Shown here: positions 41,042 to 50,940 of the stretch, piece by piece
How positions within the stretch are numbered: the stretch's first letter is position 1
Layout of the letters: each line of letters starts with the position of its first letter
Source: Gemmatimonadota bacterium
GTDB lineage: Bacteria; Gemmatimonadota; Gemmatimonadetes; Longimicrobiales; Gaopeijiaceae
Assembly: GCA_034521595.1 (NCBI GenBank)
Contig: JAXHMG010000003.1
Coordinates: 2,368,001 to 2,432,000 of the forward strand
DNA: 64,000 nt
Direction: 5' to 3'
The notes under the pieces: model-generated
Told to the model about the DNA's origin: nothing
What the model saw: only the letters and a program-made list of their open reading frames with translations
The model's database searches: none
Translations under genes and position numbers: made by a program

Positions 41042-44000
41042 TCAGGCGGAGGGCGTGGAAGGAACGGCCTGCTTGCGCTTGGCCAGGTAGTAGATGCCGG
41101 GCACGACGAGGAGCGTCAGCACGGTGGACGCGATCGCCCCCGTGATGAGGGCGACCGCGAGGCCCTGGAAAATCGGATCGAACAGGATCACGATCGCGCC
41201 GATGACGACGGTTCCGGCCGTGAGCGCGATGGGCCGGGTCCGCACAGCGCCCGCCTCGATGACGGCGTCCGCGAGTGGCACGCCAGCTCGCATCCGCGCC
41301 TCCAGGTAGTCGATGAGCAGGATACCGTTGCGGACCATGATGCCCGCGAGCGCGATCATTCCGATCATCGACGTGGCGGTGAAGAACGCACCGAACACCC
41401 AGTGCCCGGGCGCGATTCCGATCAGCGTCAACGGGATGGCCGCCATCATGACGAGCGGCGTCGAGAAGGAGCCGAACCACGCCACGATCAGGACATAGAT
41501 GAGCACCAGGGCGCCGGCGAAGGCGATCCCCAGATCCCGAAAGACCTCGTAGGTGATCTGCCACTCACCGTCCCACTTCATCACCGGACGCTCCGTCGAC
41601 ATCGGCTCGCGCGCGAACAGCCTGCCGAGTGACCCGCCGCCGGCGACCTCGATCGTGTCGAGCTCGTCTTCGAGGTCGAGAATCGCGTATACCGGACTCT
41701 CCGCTTCCCCCGCGACCTCGGCCGTCACGTACACGACCTGGCGGCCGTTCTTGCGGTCGATCACCTGCGGGGTCGTGCCCTCGACCGTGCGCACCAGCTC
41801 CGACACGGGAACCATGTTCCCCTGACGTGAGCCGAGTTGGATCCTGGACAAGCGGTCGACCCCCGAGCGGTCGGCCTCGGCGAGCCGCACGCGGATAGGC
41901 ACGGACGTCCGTGCTTCGGGCACGGACAGGTAGGTCGGCACGTCGCCGGAAAGCGCCATCCGGACGGCGCCGACTACCTGCTCCTTGGCCACGCCCGAAA
42001 GCGCCGCTTTCTCGGCATCGACCTCGAGCCTCACCTCACGCTGCGGCGCGGTGAGCGACCAGTCGACGTCCACCACGCTCGGATGCGCCTCGAAGCGGCG
42101 CATCACCTCACGGGCCACGCGCTCCCGCTCGCTCGCATCGTCTCCGTAGATCTCGGCGACCAACGTCGAGAGCACGGGCGGTCCGGGCGGGACCTCCACG
42201 ACCTTCGCGCTCGCGTCCGTGCCGGATGCCGCGACGATCTCCTCGACCAGGGGCCGCAGCGCCCGCGCCACGTCATGACTCTGCGCCGACCGGTCCGACT
42301 TGTCGACGAGGTTCACCTGCAAATCCGCCACGTTCGCGCCCGAACGGAGATAATAGTGGCGGATCATTCCGTTGAAGTTGAACGGCGCGGCCGTGCCCGC
42401 GTAGAGCTGCACGTCCGCGACCTCGGGCACCTCGCCGACGGCCCGGCCCACGTCCTGCGCGAGCGCGAGGGTGGCTTCGAGCGGCGTACCCTCGGGCATG
42501 TCGAAGATGACCTGCAGCTCGTTCTTGTCGTCGAACGGCAGCATCTTCATGGTCACGGAGCGCGTGAGGAACATGCTGCCCGCGCCCACGAGCAGCACGC
42601 CGATCACGCCGAGCGCGGCCCACATCCTCGCGGGCTTCTCGATGAGCGGCCGCATGAGCTTCGCGTAGGTCCGGTAGATCTTCGTGCGCTCGAGCACGTA
42701 CGCCTCCCCTTCGTCCTCTTCCTCGTCGTGTCCCCGGCGGAGGAGACGAAAGGCGAGCCAGGGCGTGATCATGAGCGCGACGGCCAGGCTGAAGAGCATC
42801 GCCACCGTAGCGCCGATGGGCATCGGGCTCATGTACGGCCCCATCAACCCGCCGACGAACAGCATGGGCAGAACCGCCGCGATGACGGTCAGCGTCGCGA
42901 GGATCGTCGGGTTGCCGACCTCGTCCACGGCAGCGCGGGCCGCGGCCTTGAGTGGCCGGTCCCGCATGGAGAAGTGCCGCTCCATGTTCTCGGCGACGAT
43001 GATCGAGTCGTCGATCACGATGCCGGTCACGAAGATGAGTGCGAACAGCGTGACGCGGTTCAACGTGTATCCGAAGATCTGGTACACGAACAGCGTCAGC
43101 GCGAAGGTCACCGGCACGGCGACCATCACGACCACCGCGCTTCTCCAGCCCATCGTGAGCAGGATGACGAATCCGACGGCGAGCACGGCCATCGCGAGGT
43201 GCTCCTGGAGCGTCACCACCTTGTGGCGGGCCGTCTCACCGTAGTTCCGGCTGACCTCCACGGAGACGTCGGCCGGTACGATGCGCCCGTGCGCCTGGTC
43301 CAGCCGCTGTTCGAGCACACGCCCGAGCGCGGTCGCGTCGGCGCCCGAACGTTTCGACACCGCCACGGACACCATGGAAGCCCAGGACGCTCCACCCTCG
43401 GCGTGTTGCGTATACGACGTGACCTCGGCCGGGCCGTCGACGACCCGCGCGACATCTCGCACCTGCACCAGGCTCCCGTCCCGGACGTCCAGCACCACCC
43501 GCTCCACATCCGCGGCGCTCGCGAGGAATCCCCCCGTCGTCACCCGCACGACCTCGTCATTTCGGGTGTACGCACCGGCCTGCAGCTCGGCGTTCACCGC
43601 CCGGAGGCGCTCAGCGACATGGAGCGGATCCACCCCGTACAGCGCCAAGCGCTCGGGATCGAGCTCGACGCGCACTTCACGCGTCTGCCCACCGATGACG
43701 TCGACGTCCCGCACCTCCGGGACGGCCTCGAGATCGACACGTAGCTCGTCGGCCACCGACCGCAGCTCGGCGCCGTCGAGGTTCCCGCCGTGCAAGGTGG
43801 CCGTGAAGAACGGCACGTCGTCGATGGTGACCGTCTTCACCAGGGGCAAGCCGAGCTCCCGCGGCATGCGGTCCGCGTTCTTCATCAACGTGCTGTGAAG
43901 TCGAACGAGGCTCTCCTCCATGTCGCGTCCGACCTCGTACCGCACCGTCGCCAGGCCAAAGCCCGGCTCGGCGTGCGTGTAGACGTATTCGACGCCTTCG

Positions 44001-44236
44001 ATGCCGGAGAGCACGTTCTCCAGCGGCACGAGCGTCCGGTTTTCCACTTCAGTGGGCGACGCGCCCGGCATCGGGAGGTAGATGTCGGCCAGCGGCACGA
44101 TGATCTGTGGCTCTTCTTCCGACGCCATCGTGCCGAGCGTCCAGGCGCCCACCCCCAGAGCCGCCGCCATGAGCAACGGCGTGAGCTTGGATTCCATGAA
44201 GGCACCGGCGAGGCGTCCAGCAATGTTCTGTTTCAT
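41042..44236 (-). CDS. RND efflux permease
   Basis: 1064 aa; EEEPQI, TM4 GIVIDDSIIVAEN, KMLPFD, RTRPIALTA. Confidence 0.93.
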   Translation of the reverse strand: MKQNIAGRLAGAFMESKLTPLLMAAALGVGAWTLGTMASEEEPQIIVPLADIYLPMPGASPTEVENRTLVPLENVLSGIEGVEYVYTHAEPGFGLATVRYEVGRDMEESLVRLHSTLMKNADRMPRELGLPLVKTVTIDDVPFFTATLHGGNLDGAELRSVADELRVDLEAVPEVRDVDVIGGQTREVRVELDPERLALYGVDPLHVAERLRAVNAELQAGAYTRNDEVVRVTTGGFLASAADVERVVLDVRDGSLVQVRDVARVVDGPAEVTSYTQHAEGGASWASMVSVAVSKRSGADATALGRVLEQRLDQAHGRIVPADVSVEVSRNYGETARHKVVTLQEHLAMAVLAVGFVILLTMGWRSAVVVMVAVPVTFALTLFVYQIFGYTLNRVTLFALIFVTGIVIDDSIIVAENMERHFSMRDRPLKAAARAAVDEVGNPTILATLTVIAAVLPMLFVGGLMGPYMSPMPIGATVAMLFSLAVALMITPWLAFRLLRRGHDEEEDEGEAYVLERTKIYRTYAKLMRPLIEKPARMWAALGVIGVLLVGAGSMFLTRSVTMKMLPFDDKNELQVIFDMPEGTPLEATLALAQDVGRAVGEVPEVADVQLYAGTAAPFNFNGMIRHYYLRSGANVADLQVNLVDKSDRSAQSHDVARALRPLVEEIVAASGTDASAKVVEVPPGPPVLSTLVAEIYGDDASERERVAREVMRRFEAHPSVVDVDWSLTAPQREVRLEVDAEKAALSGVAKEQVVGAVRMALSGDVPTYLSVPEARTSVPIRVRLAEADRSGVDRLSRIQLGSRQGNMVPVSELVRTVEGTTPQVIDRKNGRQVVYVTAEVAGEAESPVYAILDLEDELDTIEVAGGGSLGRLFAREPMSTERPVMKWDGEWQITYEVFRDLGIAFAGALVLIYVLIVAWFGSFSTPLVMMAAIPLTLIGIAPGHWVFGAFFTATSMIGMIALAGIMVRNGILLIDYLEARMRAGVPLADAVIEAGAVRTRPIALTAGTVVIGAIVILFDPIFQGLAVALITGAIASTVLTLLVVPGIYYLAKRKQAVPSTPSA

Positions 44237-45291
44237 CGGTCATCCCCCTCGGTCGCGACGCGGGGAGACCACCCTTCCTCCCGCACGCTTCCCACCGGCA
44301 ATCCGTCACGGAGAGAGACATCGGGACGGCGCACGATGCTCGGAGCGCCCCCCGGGCCGGACAGCAGCTCCACCGCGTCCGCACGCCGGAGCCCGAGCCG
44401 CACCCAACGCAGCCGGATGACATCGTCCTCGACGACGAAGATTCCCCGGAGCTGCCCGCGCTCGACCACCGCGTCGGCCGGGATCCAGCGCGACGGAGAG
44501 CCGTCGACGGGCACGCTCAAGCGTGCATACGCACCGGGATATGCCCCTTCGAGGGGCTCCGTCGGCGCCACTTCCACTCGGAAGGTCCTTGCCCCTTCTC
44601 CAACCGTCGGGCCGACCCGCGTGACCGTCGCCGCCGCCGGATCGGCCACACCGTCCACCTGGACCTCGACCGCCGACCCTTCGCTCAACGTCCCCATCAG
44701 GTACGCCGGAAGGTCCGCGACGACCTCGATCCGGGCCGGGTCGATCAGGGACAGGAGGGGCACGCCCGGATTCGCCAAGTCACCGGCATCGATCCGCCGG
44801 GCGGTCACGACCCCCTCGAACGGCGCCCGCACCACGGCGTAGGACTTCTGCGCTTCGGCTTCAGCGAGTGCCGAGCGGGCTCCTTCGAGCGCGGCCGCGC
44901 TTCGGTCGAGCTCTTGGGTCGATGCAGCCCCGTTCGCGTGCAGGCGCTCGATCCGTCCATGCTCCTTCTCGGCCAGCGCGTATTGGGCCTGCGCCGCCTC
45001 GATCCGAGCGACGATGTCCTCGTCGTCGAGCGAGATCAGCCGATCACCGGCGCGGACCACGCTCCCGATGTCGACATGAACCTCGCGCACGGTTCCGCTC
45101 ATGCGGGTGGCGATATCCACGGATCGGTCGGATCCGACTTCCGCCGCATGGCTCGCCACGGACGGAGCCCGCACCGGCTCCGTCACGACGACATCGACGG
45201 CGTCACCGGTCGTCTCCACCCGCCCGGGCTCCTCGGCGCCGCAAGCCGCGACGCCGAGTGCGAGCGTCGTGAGGATCAGTTGGGTCTTCAT
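44233..45291 (-). CDS. RND periplasmic adaptor (MFP) lipoprotein
   Basis: Lipobox VAAC; VRAPFEGVV, PGAYAR. Confidence 0.9.
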   Translation of the reverse strand: MKTQLILTTLALGVAACGAEEPGRVETTGDAVDVVVTEPVRAPSVASHAAEVGSDRSVDIATRMSGTVREVHVDIGSVVRAGDRLISLDDEDIVARIEAAQAQYALAEKEHGRIERLHANGAASTQELDRSAAALEGARSALAEAEAQKSYAVVRAPFEGVVTARRIDAGDLANPGVPLLSLIDPARIEVVADLPAYLMGTLSEGSAVEVQVDGVADPAAATVTRVGPTVGEGARTFRVEVAPTEPLEGAYPGAYARLSVPVDGSPSRWIPADAVVERGQLRGIFVVEDDVIRLRWVRLGLRRADAVELLSGPGGAPSIVRRPDVSLRDGLPVGSVREEGWSPRVATEGDDR

Positions 45292-46616
45292 CGGTTCGCT
45301 CCTTCGGAGGAATGGTCGAGTCTCGGATCGTCGAGCAGCAGCAGACGAGCCCGTGCCACGCGGTGGGCGAGCCGCGCCTGCACGGCCGCGTTCGTGAATC
45401 GAAGCGCAGCGGCTTCGGCGGCGAGGAGCTCCGCGGTGGTCGCGAGCCCCTCGTCGTAGCGCAGCCTCAGGAGACGTGCGGCCTCCTCAGCCGCCTCCGC
45501 GCTCGCCTCCGCCGCCAGGGCGGCACGCCTGCGGCTCTCCGCCCCGCGACGGGCCTCGGACAACGTCGTGCGGGCCTCGTCCACCAGGCGGTCGTGCTCC
45601 AGGGTTGCGGCCGTAAGCTCGGCCCGAGCGGCTTCCTTCCGTGCCCCGAGCTCGAAACCCGTGAACAGGGGCACGCTAACCCGCAGCCCGACCGTCCAGC
45701 TGTCGCCGTGGGCGTCGAACGCCTCGTCGCTATGCGCCTCGACCCTCGCGAAGCCTTCGAGTCGAGGGAGGCGGGCCCGACTCGCCCGACTGACCGTGGC
45801 CGAGGCCGCTTCGACCTGCGCCTCGGAAGCGGCGAGGTCGGCCCTGGCTGACGAGGTGGAGCCGACCGGTGCGTCCGCCGAGAGCGTCGTCGACGCGCTC
45901 GCGGGCACGGGCACGACGTCCACGGGCCAACCCAGAGCCAGGCCGAGCCGCCCCCTAGCGTCCGCCACGCCCTGTTCGGCTTTGATGCCTCGAGCCCTCG
46001 CATCTTCCAGAGCGGCTCGGGCCTGCAGCACATCGGCTTCGGTCGCCGCCCCCTCGCCCGCACGCTCCTCGACCAAACGGAGGTTCTCTTCCGCCGCCTC
46101 GAGCGCCGCGTTGGCGGACTCCAAGAGGAGCTCCGCGCTCGCGGCCTCGAGGTAGCGTACCTCGGCCTGGTATCCGGCGACGGTACGCGCCCACTCGGAT
46201 CCGAGCCGCGCGGCTTCGGCCCCGGCGCGGGCCGCATCGAGCGCGGCGTCACGGGAGAAGTCGATCGGCGCCCAGGAGAGCGCGACGGCGGCGTTCAGGT
46301 CGGTCAGCGCATCCGGGCCGTTGAGCGCGGCCGGATCGAAATCCGCCTCGGTAAACCGGCCCTGCCGCAGGCGCCCACCGAATGCCGCCACCGGATCGTT
46401 CGAGGTGACCACACCGGCTTCGAGGCCCAGGCTGGGCCACCGGCTGGCTCCCATGACCGTGACCTGCTCCCGCGCCCCGACCGCACGCGCTTGCGTGATC
46501 GCCACATTCGGGTTGTTCTCGCGCGCTTCCGCCACCGCCTCGGCCAGAGTCAGGCTCCGGAGCTCCTGACCCGCGGCGGGATGGGCACTCAAGCCGAGCA
46601 ACAGCAGAAGCGTCAT
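45288..46616 (-). CDS. TolC-family outer membrane factor
   Basis: Signal peptide, LTLAEAVAEARENNP, VPLFTG; alternative start 46637. Confidence 0.88.
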   Translation of the reverse strand: MTLLLLLGLSAHPAAGQELRSLTLAEAVAEARENNPNVAITQARAVGAREQVTVMGASRWPSLGLEAGVVTSNDPVAAFGGRLRQGRFTEADFDPAALNGPDALTDLNAAVALSWAPIDFSRDAALDAARAGAEAARLGSEWARTVAGYQAEVRYLEAASAELLLESANAALEAAEENLRLVEERAGEGAATEADVLQARAALEDARARGIKAEQGVADARGRLGLALGWPVDVVPVPASASTTLSADAPVGSTSSARADLAASEAQVEAASATVSRASRARLPRLEGFARVEAHSDEAFDAHGDSWTVGLRVSVPLFTGFELGARKEAARAELTAATLEHDRLVDEARTTLSEARRGAESRRRAALAAEASAEAAEEAARLLRLRYDEGLATTAELLAAEAAALRFTNAAVQARLAHRVARARLLLLDDPRLDHSSEGANR

Positions 46617-46685
46617 CGACCCTCGTTGTATTAGCATATCCCTATACCCATATATAGTGAGTCGAAGAAGAAGGGCTCCCCGGCA

Positions 46686-46991
46686 TCAGCACACGGACTC
46701 TCGCACGCAGGCGAGCACCTTGAGCGCCCGATCGTCACCGATGCGGTACAGAACGTGAGCGCCGTCCTTTCGGAATTCCAAGATCCCCTTGTCCCGCATC
46801 GTCGTGAGGTGCTGGGACGCTACGGCCTGTGCGATCTCGAGGGCCTCGTGGATCTCGGTAACGGTCGCTTCGCCCTCGCGCTCGAGAACGTCGAGAATGC
46901 GCAACCTGAGCGGATGACCCAGACACTTGAGGACGCGGGCAGTGCTGTCCACGCCTCCCTGGTCGAACAATTGACGTCGCGCTGTCGCCAT
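46686..46991 (-). CDS. ArsR/SmtB-family transcriptional repressor
   Basis: LGHPLRLRIL, ASQHL, RKDG..VLY; Cys23, Cys95, Cys101. Confidence 0.92.
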   Translation of the reverse strand: MATARRQLFDQGGVDSTARVLKCLGHPLRLRILDVLEREGEATVTEIHEALEIAQAVASQHLTTMRDKGILEFRKDGAHVLYRIGDDRALKVLACVRESVC

Positions 46992-47017
46992 GGCTCCTCC
47001 GATGTTATGGACATCTG

Positions 47018-47046
47018 TATATATAGATAATCATATGTCTTGTCAA
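47018..47046 (-). promoter_or_regulatory. sigma70 promoter with overlapping ArsR-type operator
   Basis: TTGACA-N17-TATATA; imperfect inverted repeat ACATATGA-TTAT-CTATATAT overlaps spacer and -10. Confidence 0.7.
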
Positions 47047-47094
47047 CAGAACCCCATGCCCATTCATGCCTGCGGGAACTCGATCCGGTGAGCC

Positions 47095-47925
47095 TCAGTT
47101 CGTGCGGTGGCGCTTCGAAACCTCGTCGAGCAGTGCCCGCTCTTCACTGGTCAGCGACGACATGCCCTCCGCCGAGATCTTGTCCAGAACCGCGTCGACC
47201 TGGTCGTAGAGTCGCAGATCCTCCTTCGTCGACCGGGGTGAACGCTTCCTCGGGCCCGTGTCGTCCTCCTCGTCGTGCGGCACGATCGCGAGCCGATGGG
47301 ACGGTCCGGCGGCCTTGCGCAACCGTTCGAGCTGTTGTCGTGGCCGCCAATCCGCCTTCAGATAAAGAAAACCGGCAGCCAGCCCCCCGAGGTGCGCGAA
47401 GTGCGCGACGCCGTCGCTCGAGCCCTGAACGGCGCTCAACACGCTCACCACGAACAGGAAGCCGATCAAGTACTTGGCTTGCACCGGGAAGATGCCCCAG
47501 ACATAGATCGGGACGTTCGGCCAGTTCATGGCGAACGCGAGCATCACCCCATAGACGGCCGCCGATGCACCAACGACCCAGGCAGGCAGGAACAGATAGC
47601 TCAGAGCGACGCCACCCAGCCCACAGACCAAGTAGAATTTCAAGAACTCCCGCTCGCCCCAGCCGGCCTCCAGTGGGGGACCGAAGAAGAACAACATCAA
47701 CATGTTCACCGCCAGGTGCATCAGACCGGCGTGCAGGAACATGTAGGTGACGGGCCCCCACGGGCGGAGCACGATGCGTGTCGGCTGAAAGGCGAACCAC
47801 TCGAAGATGAACTCGCGTCCCACGAGGAGCGTCACCGCGAACACGATCACATTGGCAATCAGGAGCCGCTTCACCATGGGGGTGAGGCCGAAACCGGCTC
47901 CGAAGCTCCTGAATGCGTACGCCAT
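47095..47925 (-). CDS. Rhomboid intramembrane serine protease with C-terminal extension (DUF6576-like)
   Basis: TYMFLH..HL..NM, GAS, AHLGG, VDAVLDKIS..G. Confidence 0.92.
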   Translation of the reverse strand: MAYAFRSFGAGFGLTPMVKRLLIANVIVFAVTLLVGREFIFEWFAFQPTRIVLRPWGPVTYMFLHAGLMHLAVNMLMLFFFGPPLEAGWGEREFLKFYLVCGLGGVALSYLFLPAWVVGASAAVYGVMLAFAMNWPNVPIYVWGIFPVQAKYLIGFLFVVSVLSAVQGSSDGVAHFAHLGGLAAGFLYLKADWRPRQQLERLRKAAGPSHRLAIVPHDEEDDTGPRKRSPRSTKEDLRLYDQVDAVLDKISAEGMSSLTSEERALLDEVSKRHRTN

Positions 47926-47957
47926 TCCTCTTATCGACTCGATCTGGGTGGGGGAGC

Positions 47958-49019
47958 CTATCGAACCCCCGGCTCGTGACCAGGTTCCTGCACCGTCCGC
48001 CGCTGCCCTCTTCGAGCCGCCGACTCGACGAGCGTCGCGCACAGATCGGGAAAATCGACGCCCGCCGCCCTTGCCGCTCGCGGGAGAAGGCTGTTCGCCG
48101 TCATCCCCGGAAGCGCGTTCGCCTCGAGGCACCACGGCTCGCCATCGGCGTCGACGATGAAGTCGATCCGGGAGTAGTCGCGCATGCGAAGCGCCCGATG
48201 CACCCGAAGGGCCAACTCCTGGAGGCGCTCACTCCAATCCGCGGGGATGTCGGCCGGGAAGATCTCGTCCGCCATCCCCGACTGGTATTTGCACTCGTAA
48301 TCGAAGATCTCGTTCCGCGGCACGATCTCGCCCACCGGGTAGGCACGGCCTCCCACGATCCCCACGGTCAGCTCACGTCCCGCATGATAACGTTCGAAGA
48401 GCACGGCGTCGTGCCACGTGCTACTCTCGCCGATCGCCCTCTCGAGCTCGGGGCGATCGTGCGCCAGGACGAGCCGAAGGGATGACCCCCCTCCGGAGGC
48501 CTTCACGATGACGGGCAAGCCCAAGGCCCGCTCGATATCGGCGGCGTCGGGCATCGCTCCATCCACGTCCACGGCCCGCCAGTCGGGCGTGGGCACGCCG
48601 CAGTCACGGAGCAGGCGCTTCGTCACTTCCTTGTCCATCGCCAGCGAGCAGCCGAGTCGGTCACTCCCGGTGTACGCGACACCGGCGACCTCGAGCAACG
48701 CCTGGATCGTCCCATCTTCGCCGTGCCCGCCGTGCAACGCGACGAAGAACACGTCGACGTCCGCGAGCTCCGGCGAGCGCGTGAGCTCGATCGTGGCCCC
48801 TTCGTCCATCCAGGCGAGCTCGTCGAGGGACGGTGGCAGGGCGCTCACCCCCCGCTCGTGGAGAGCTCGTTCGTGCTCCGGAGGGAGCACACCGCTCACG
48901 GTATCCACCGCCATGACCTCGTAGCCCGCGGTACGGAGCGCGGAAGCGATCTGGACACCGGACGCGAGCGACACCTCACGCTCGTCGGACGTCCCCCCCA
49001 TCAACACGGCGACCTTCAT
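47958..49019 (-). CDS. ddl: D-alanine--D-alanine ligase
   Basis: GGTSDEREVS, LHGGHGEDG, FDYECKY, EANALPGMT. Confidence 0.93.
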   Translation of the reverse strand: MKVAVLMGGTSDEREVSLASGVQIASALRTAGYEVMAVDTVSGVLPPEHERALHERGVSALPPSLDELAWMDEGATIELTRSPELADVDVFFVALHGGHGEDGTIQALLEVAGVAYTGSDRLGCSLAMDKEVTKRLLRDCGVPTPDWRAVDVDGAMPDAADIERALGLPVIVKASGGGSSLRLVLAHDRPELERAIGESSTWHDAVLFERYHAGRELTVGIVGGRAYPVGEIVPRNEIFDYECKYQSGMADEIFPADIPADWSERLQELALRVHRALRMRDYSRIDFIVDADGEPWCLEANALPGMTANSLLPRAARAAGVDFPDLCATLVESAARRGQRRTVQEPGHEPGVR

Positions 49020-50401
49020 TCGGTAAGCGTCCTCACCAGATCGTAGCGCGTGATGATCCCGGTGATCCGTCCCTCGTCACGCACCAGGCAGGCCGCGTTC
49101 TCCCGCGTGAGCAGCCCGCGCACCTCGCTCGAATCGGTGTATGCGTCCACGGCAGGGAACGGAGGGCCCATGATGGTCTCGGTCGGCTTGTCGAGGATAT
49201 CCGGATCGGCGATGACCTCGCTCATCAGGATGGTTTCGGTGACCGATCCCACGCAATCTCCGTTCCGGACCACGGGGAGCTGCCCGATGTCGTGCGTCGT
49301 GATGGCGGCGAGCGCGTGACGGATAGGCGTCTCCGGCTCCACGGAAACCACGTGTCCGACCCCGCCTTCCTTCGCGCGCAGGACCTCGCCGACGCTGAAG
49401 TGTCGCGGCCGCTCCAGGAAGCCGTGCTCGCGCATCCAGTCGTCGTCGTACACCTTGCTCAGATACCGCTCACCCCAGTCGCACACCAGAGACACCACGA
49501 AGGCGTCGGGATCATCGATCTCGGCAGCGACATCGACGGCTCCCTGGACCAGCATCCCCGCCGATCCGCCGGCGAACATGCCTTCTTCCCGCGTCAAGCG
49601 ACGCGCCATCCGAAACGCGACGCCGTCCGCCATCGTCCGGAACTCGTCCACCACGTTCAGATCCAGCGTCCCGGGGACCTTGTCGTTTCCGATCCCCTCC
49701 ACCTTGTAGGGGTGTCCCTCGATCTTCTCGCCCGTGTTGAAGTACGGCGCGACCATCGAGCCTTCCGGATCGATGCCGATGATGCGCACGTCGGGGTTCT
49801 TCTCTTTCAGGTAGCGCCCGACGCCGGTGATCGTCCCTCCGGTGCCCGCGGAGGCCACGAAATGCGTGACCCGCCCTTCGCTCTGCTCCCAGATCTCCCG
49901 CCCGGTCGTTCGGTAGTGGGCCTCGGGATTGGCCGGGTTGTAGAACTGATCGGCCATCACCGCGCCCGGCGTCTCCTCGGCGATGGTCCGCGCGCGCTGT
50001 AGGTAGTGGTCGGGATGGTCCGACGAGACCGCCGTGGGCGTGATGATCACCTCCGCACCGAACGCCCGAAGGAGCTTGATCTTCTCTCCGCTCATCTTGT
50101 CGGGCATGGTGCAGATGCAACGGTAGCCTTTGAGCGACGCGGCCATCGCCAGAGCCAGCCCGGTGTTTCCGCCGGTTGCTTCCACGACGGTTCCGCCCGG
50201 TTTCAAGGTCCCCTCCCGCTCGGCCTGCTCGATCATGCTCAGCCCGATGCGGTCCTTGATGGACCCTCCCGGACTCATGAACTCACACTTCACGTACAGT
50301 GGTGTGCGCCCTTCGTCCGTGACTGCATGGAGGCGGACCATCGGAGTCGACCCGATCAGTTCGAGGATGCTGTCATAGGGGCGCGGGTGCCGCTCGGTCA
50401 T
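49016..50401 (-). CDS. Cystathionine beta-synthase-like PLP enzyme with C-terminal CBS pair
   Basis: PGGSIKDR, GNTG, DQFYNPAN, GTGGT, YKVEGIG, C-terminal CBS domains. Confidence 0.88.
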   Translation of the reverse strand: MTERHPRPYDSILELIGSTPMVRLHAVTDEGRTPLYVKCEFMSPGGSIKDRIGLSMIEQAEREGTLKPGGTVVEATGGNTGLALAMAASLKGYRCICTMPDKMSGEKIKLLRAFGAEVIITPTAVSSDHPDHYLQRARTIAEETPGAVMADQFYNPANPEAHYRTTGREIWEQSEGRVTHFVASAGTGGTITGVGRYLKEKNPDVRIIGIDPEGSMVAPYFNTGEKIEGHPYKVEGIGNDKVPGTLDLNVVDEFRTMADGVAFRMARRLTREEGMFAGGSAGMLVQGAVDVAAEIDDPDAFVVSLVCDWGERYLSKVYDDDWMREHGFLERPRHFSVGEVLRAKEGGVGHVVSVEPETPIRHALAAITTHDIGQLPVVRNGDCVGSVTETILMSEVIADPDILDKPTETIMGPPFPAVDAYTDSSEVRGLLTRENAACLVRDEGRITGIITRYDLVRTLTE

Positions 50402-50535
50402 TCCGTCATGCTCCTTGTCGTGGCAGGCGTGTGCACCGGGTGTGGGTCTCGCGAAGACACCACATCGTGCGGATGGTAGGGCCACTCACCGGCCCGGACC
50501 AGGTCCGGAGCCGGCCTCTACCACGGGCTGCTGCG

Positions 50536-50940
50536 TCACAGGTCCAGGCGATCGCGCTGACGGAGCGTGTCGGGCGGCGGCTTCTTGGAGAAGTGCACCG
50601 GCACGCGGGCCCACACGCGAATGCGCTTGCCGTCCTTACGGGCCGGCTTGAACCGGAGGGACTTGGCACCGTCCACCGCGGCTGCGTCGAAGTCGCCGTG
50701 GCCGGAGGACTCCACGATCTCGACGCTGTCGACCGCACCGGTGTCGGTGACACGCACCCGGAGAAGAATCTCTCCCTCCATGTCCTGGTCCCAAAGGTGC
50801 AGAGGGTATTCGATGGGAACGTCACCGTACAACGGCGCCGGCTGCTCGATTTCCCCTTCGCCTCCACACCCGACCGCGCCGGCCGTCACGGCGAGCGCGA
50901 CGGCTGCGTCGACCGTTCGTGATCCTCTGCGTCGCGTCAC
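50536..50940 (-). CDS. Short lipoprotein consisting of a TonB C-terminal domain
   Basis: Lipobox AVGC; YP...EG.I...V...G.V....SSG...D.AA; GTGA overlap with the mutS stop. Confidence 0.8.
   Translation of the reverse strand: MTRRRGSRTVDAAVALAVTAGAVGCGGEGEIEQPAPLYGDVPIEYPLHLWDQDMEGEILLRVRVTDTGAVDSVEIVESSGHGDFDAAAVDGAKSLRFKPARKDGKRIRVWARVPVHFSKKPPPDTLRQRDRLDL

Noticed and set aside
46686..50401. Functional link between cystathionine beta-synthase (a possible H2S source) and the ArsR-RND operon
   Set aside because: Separated by ddl and rhomboid, and arsR has its own promoter; proximity alone is insufficient
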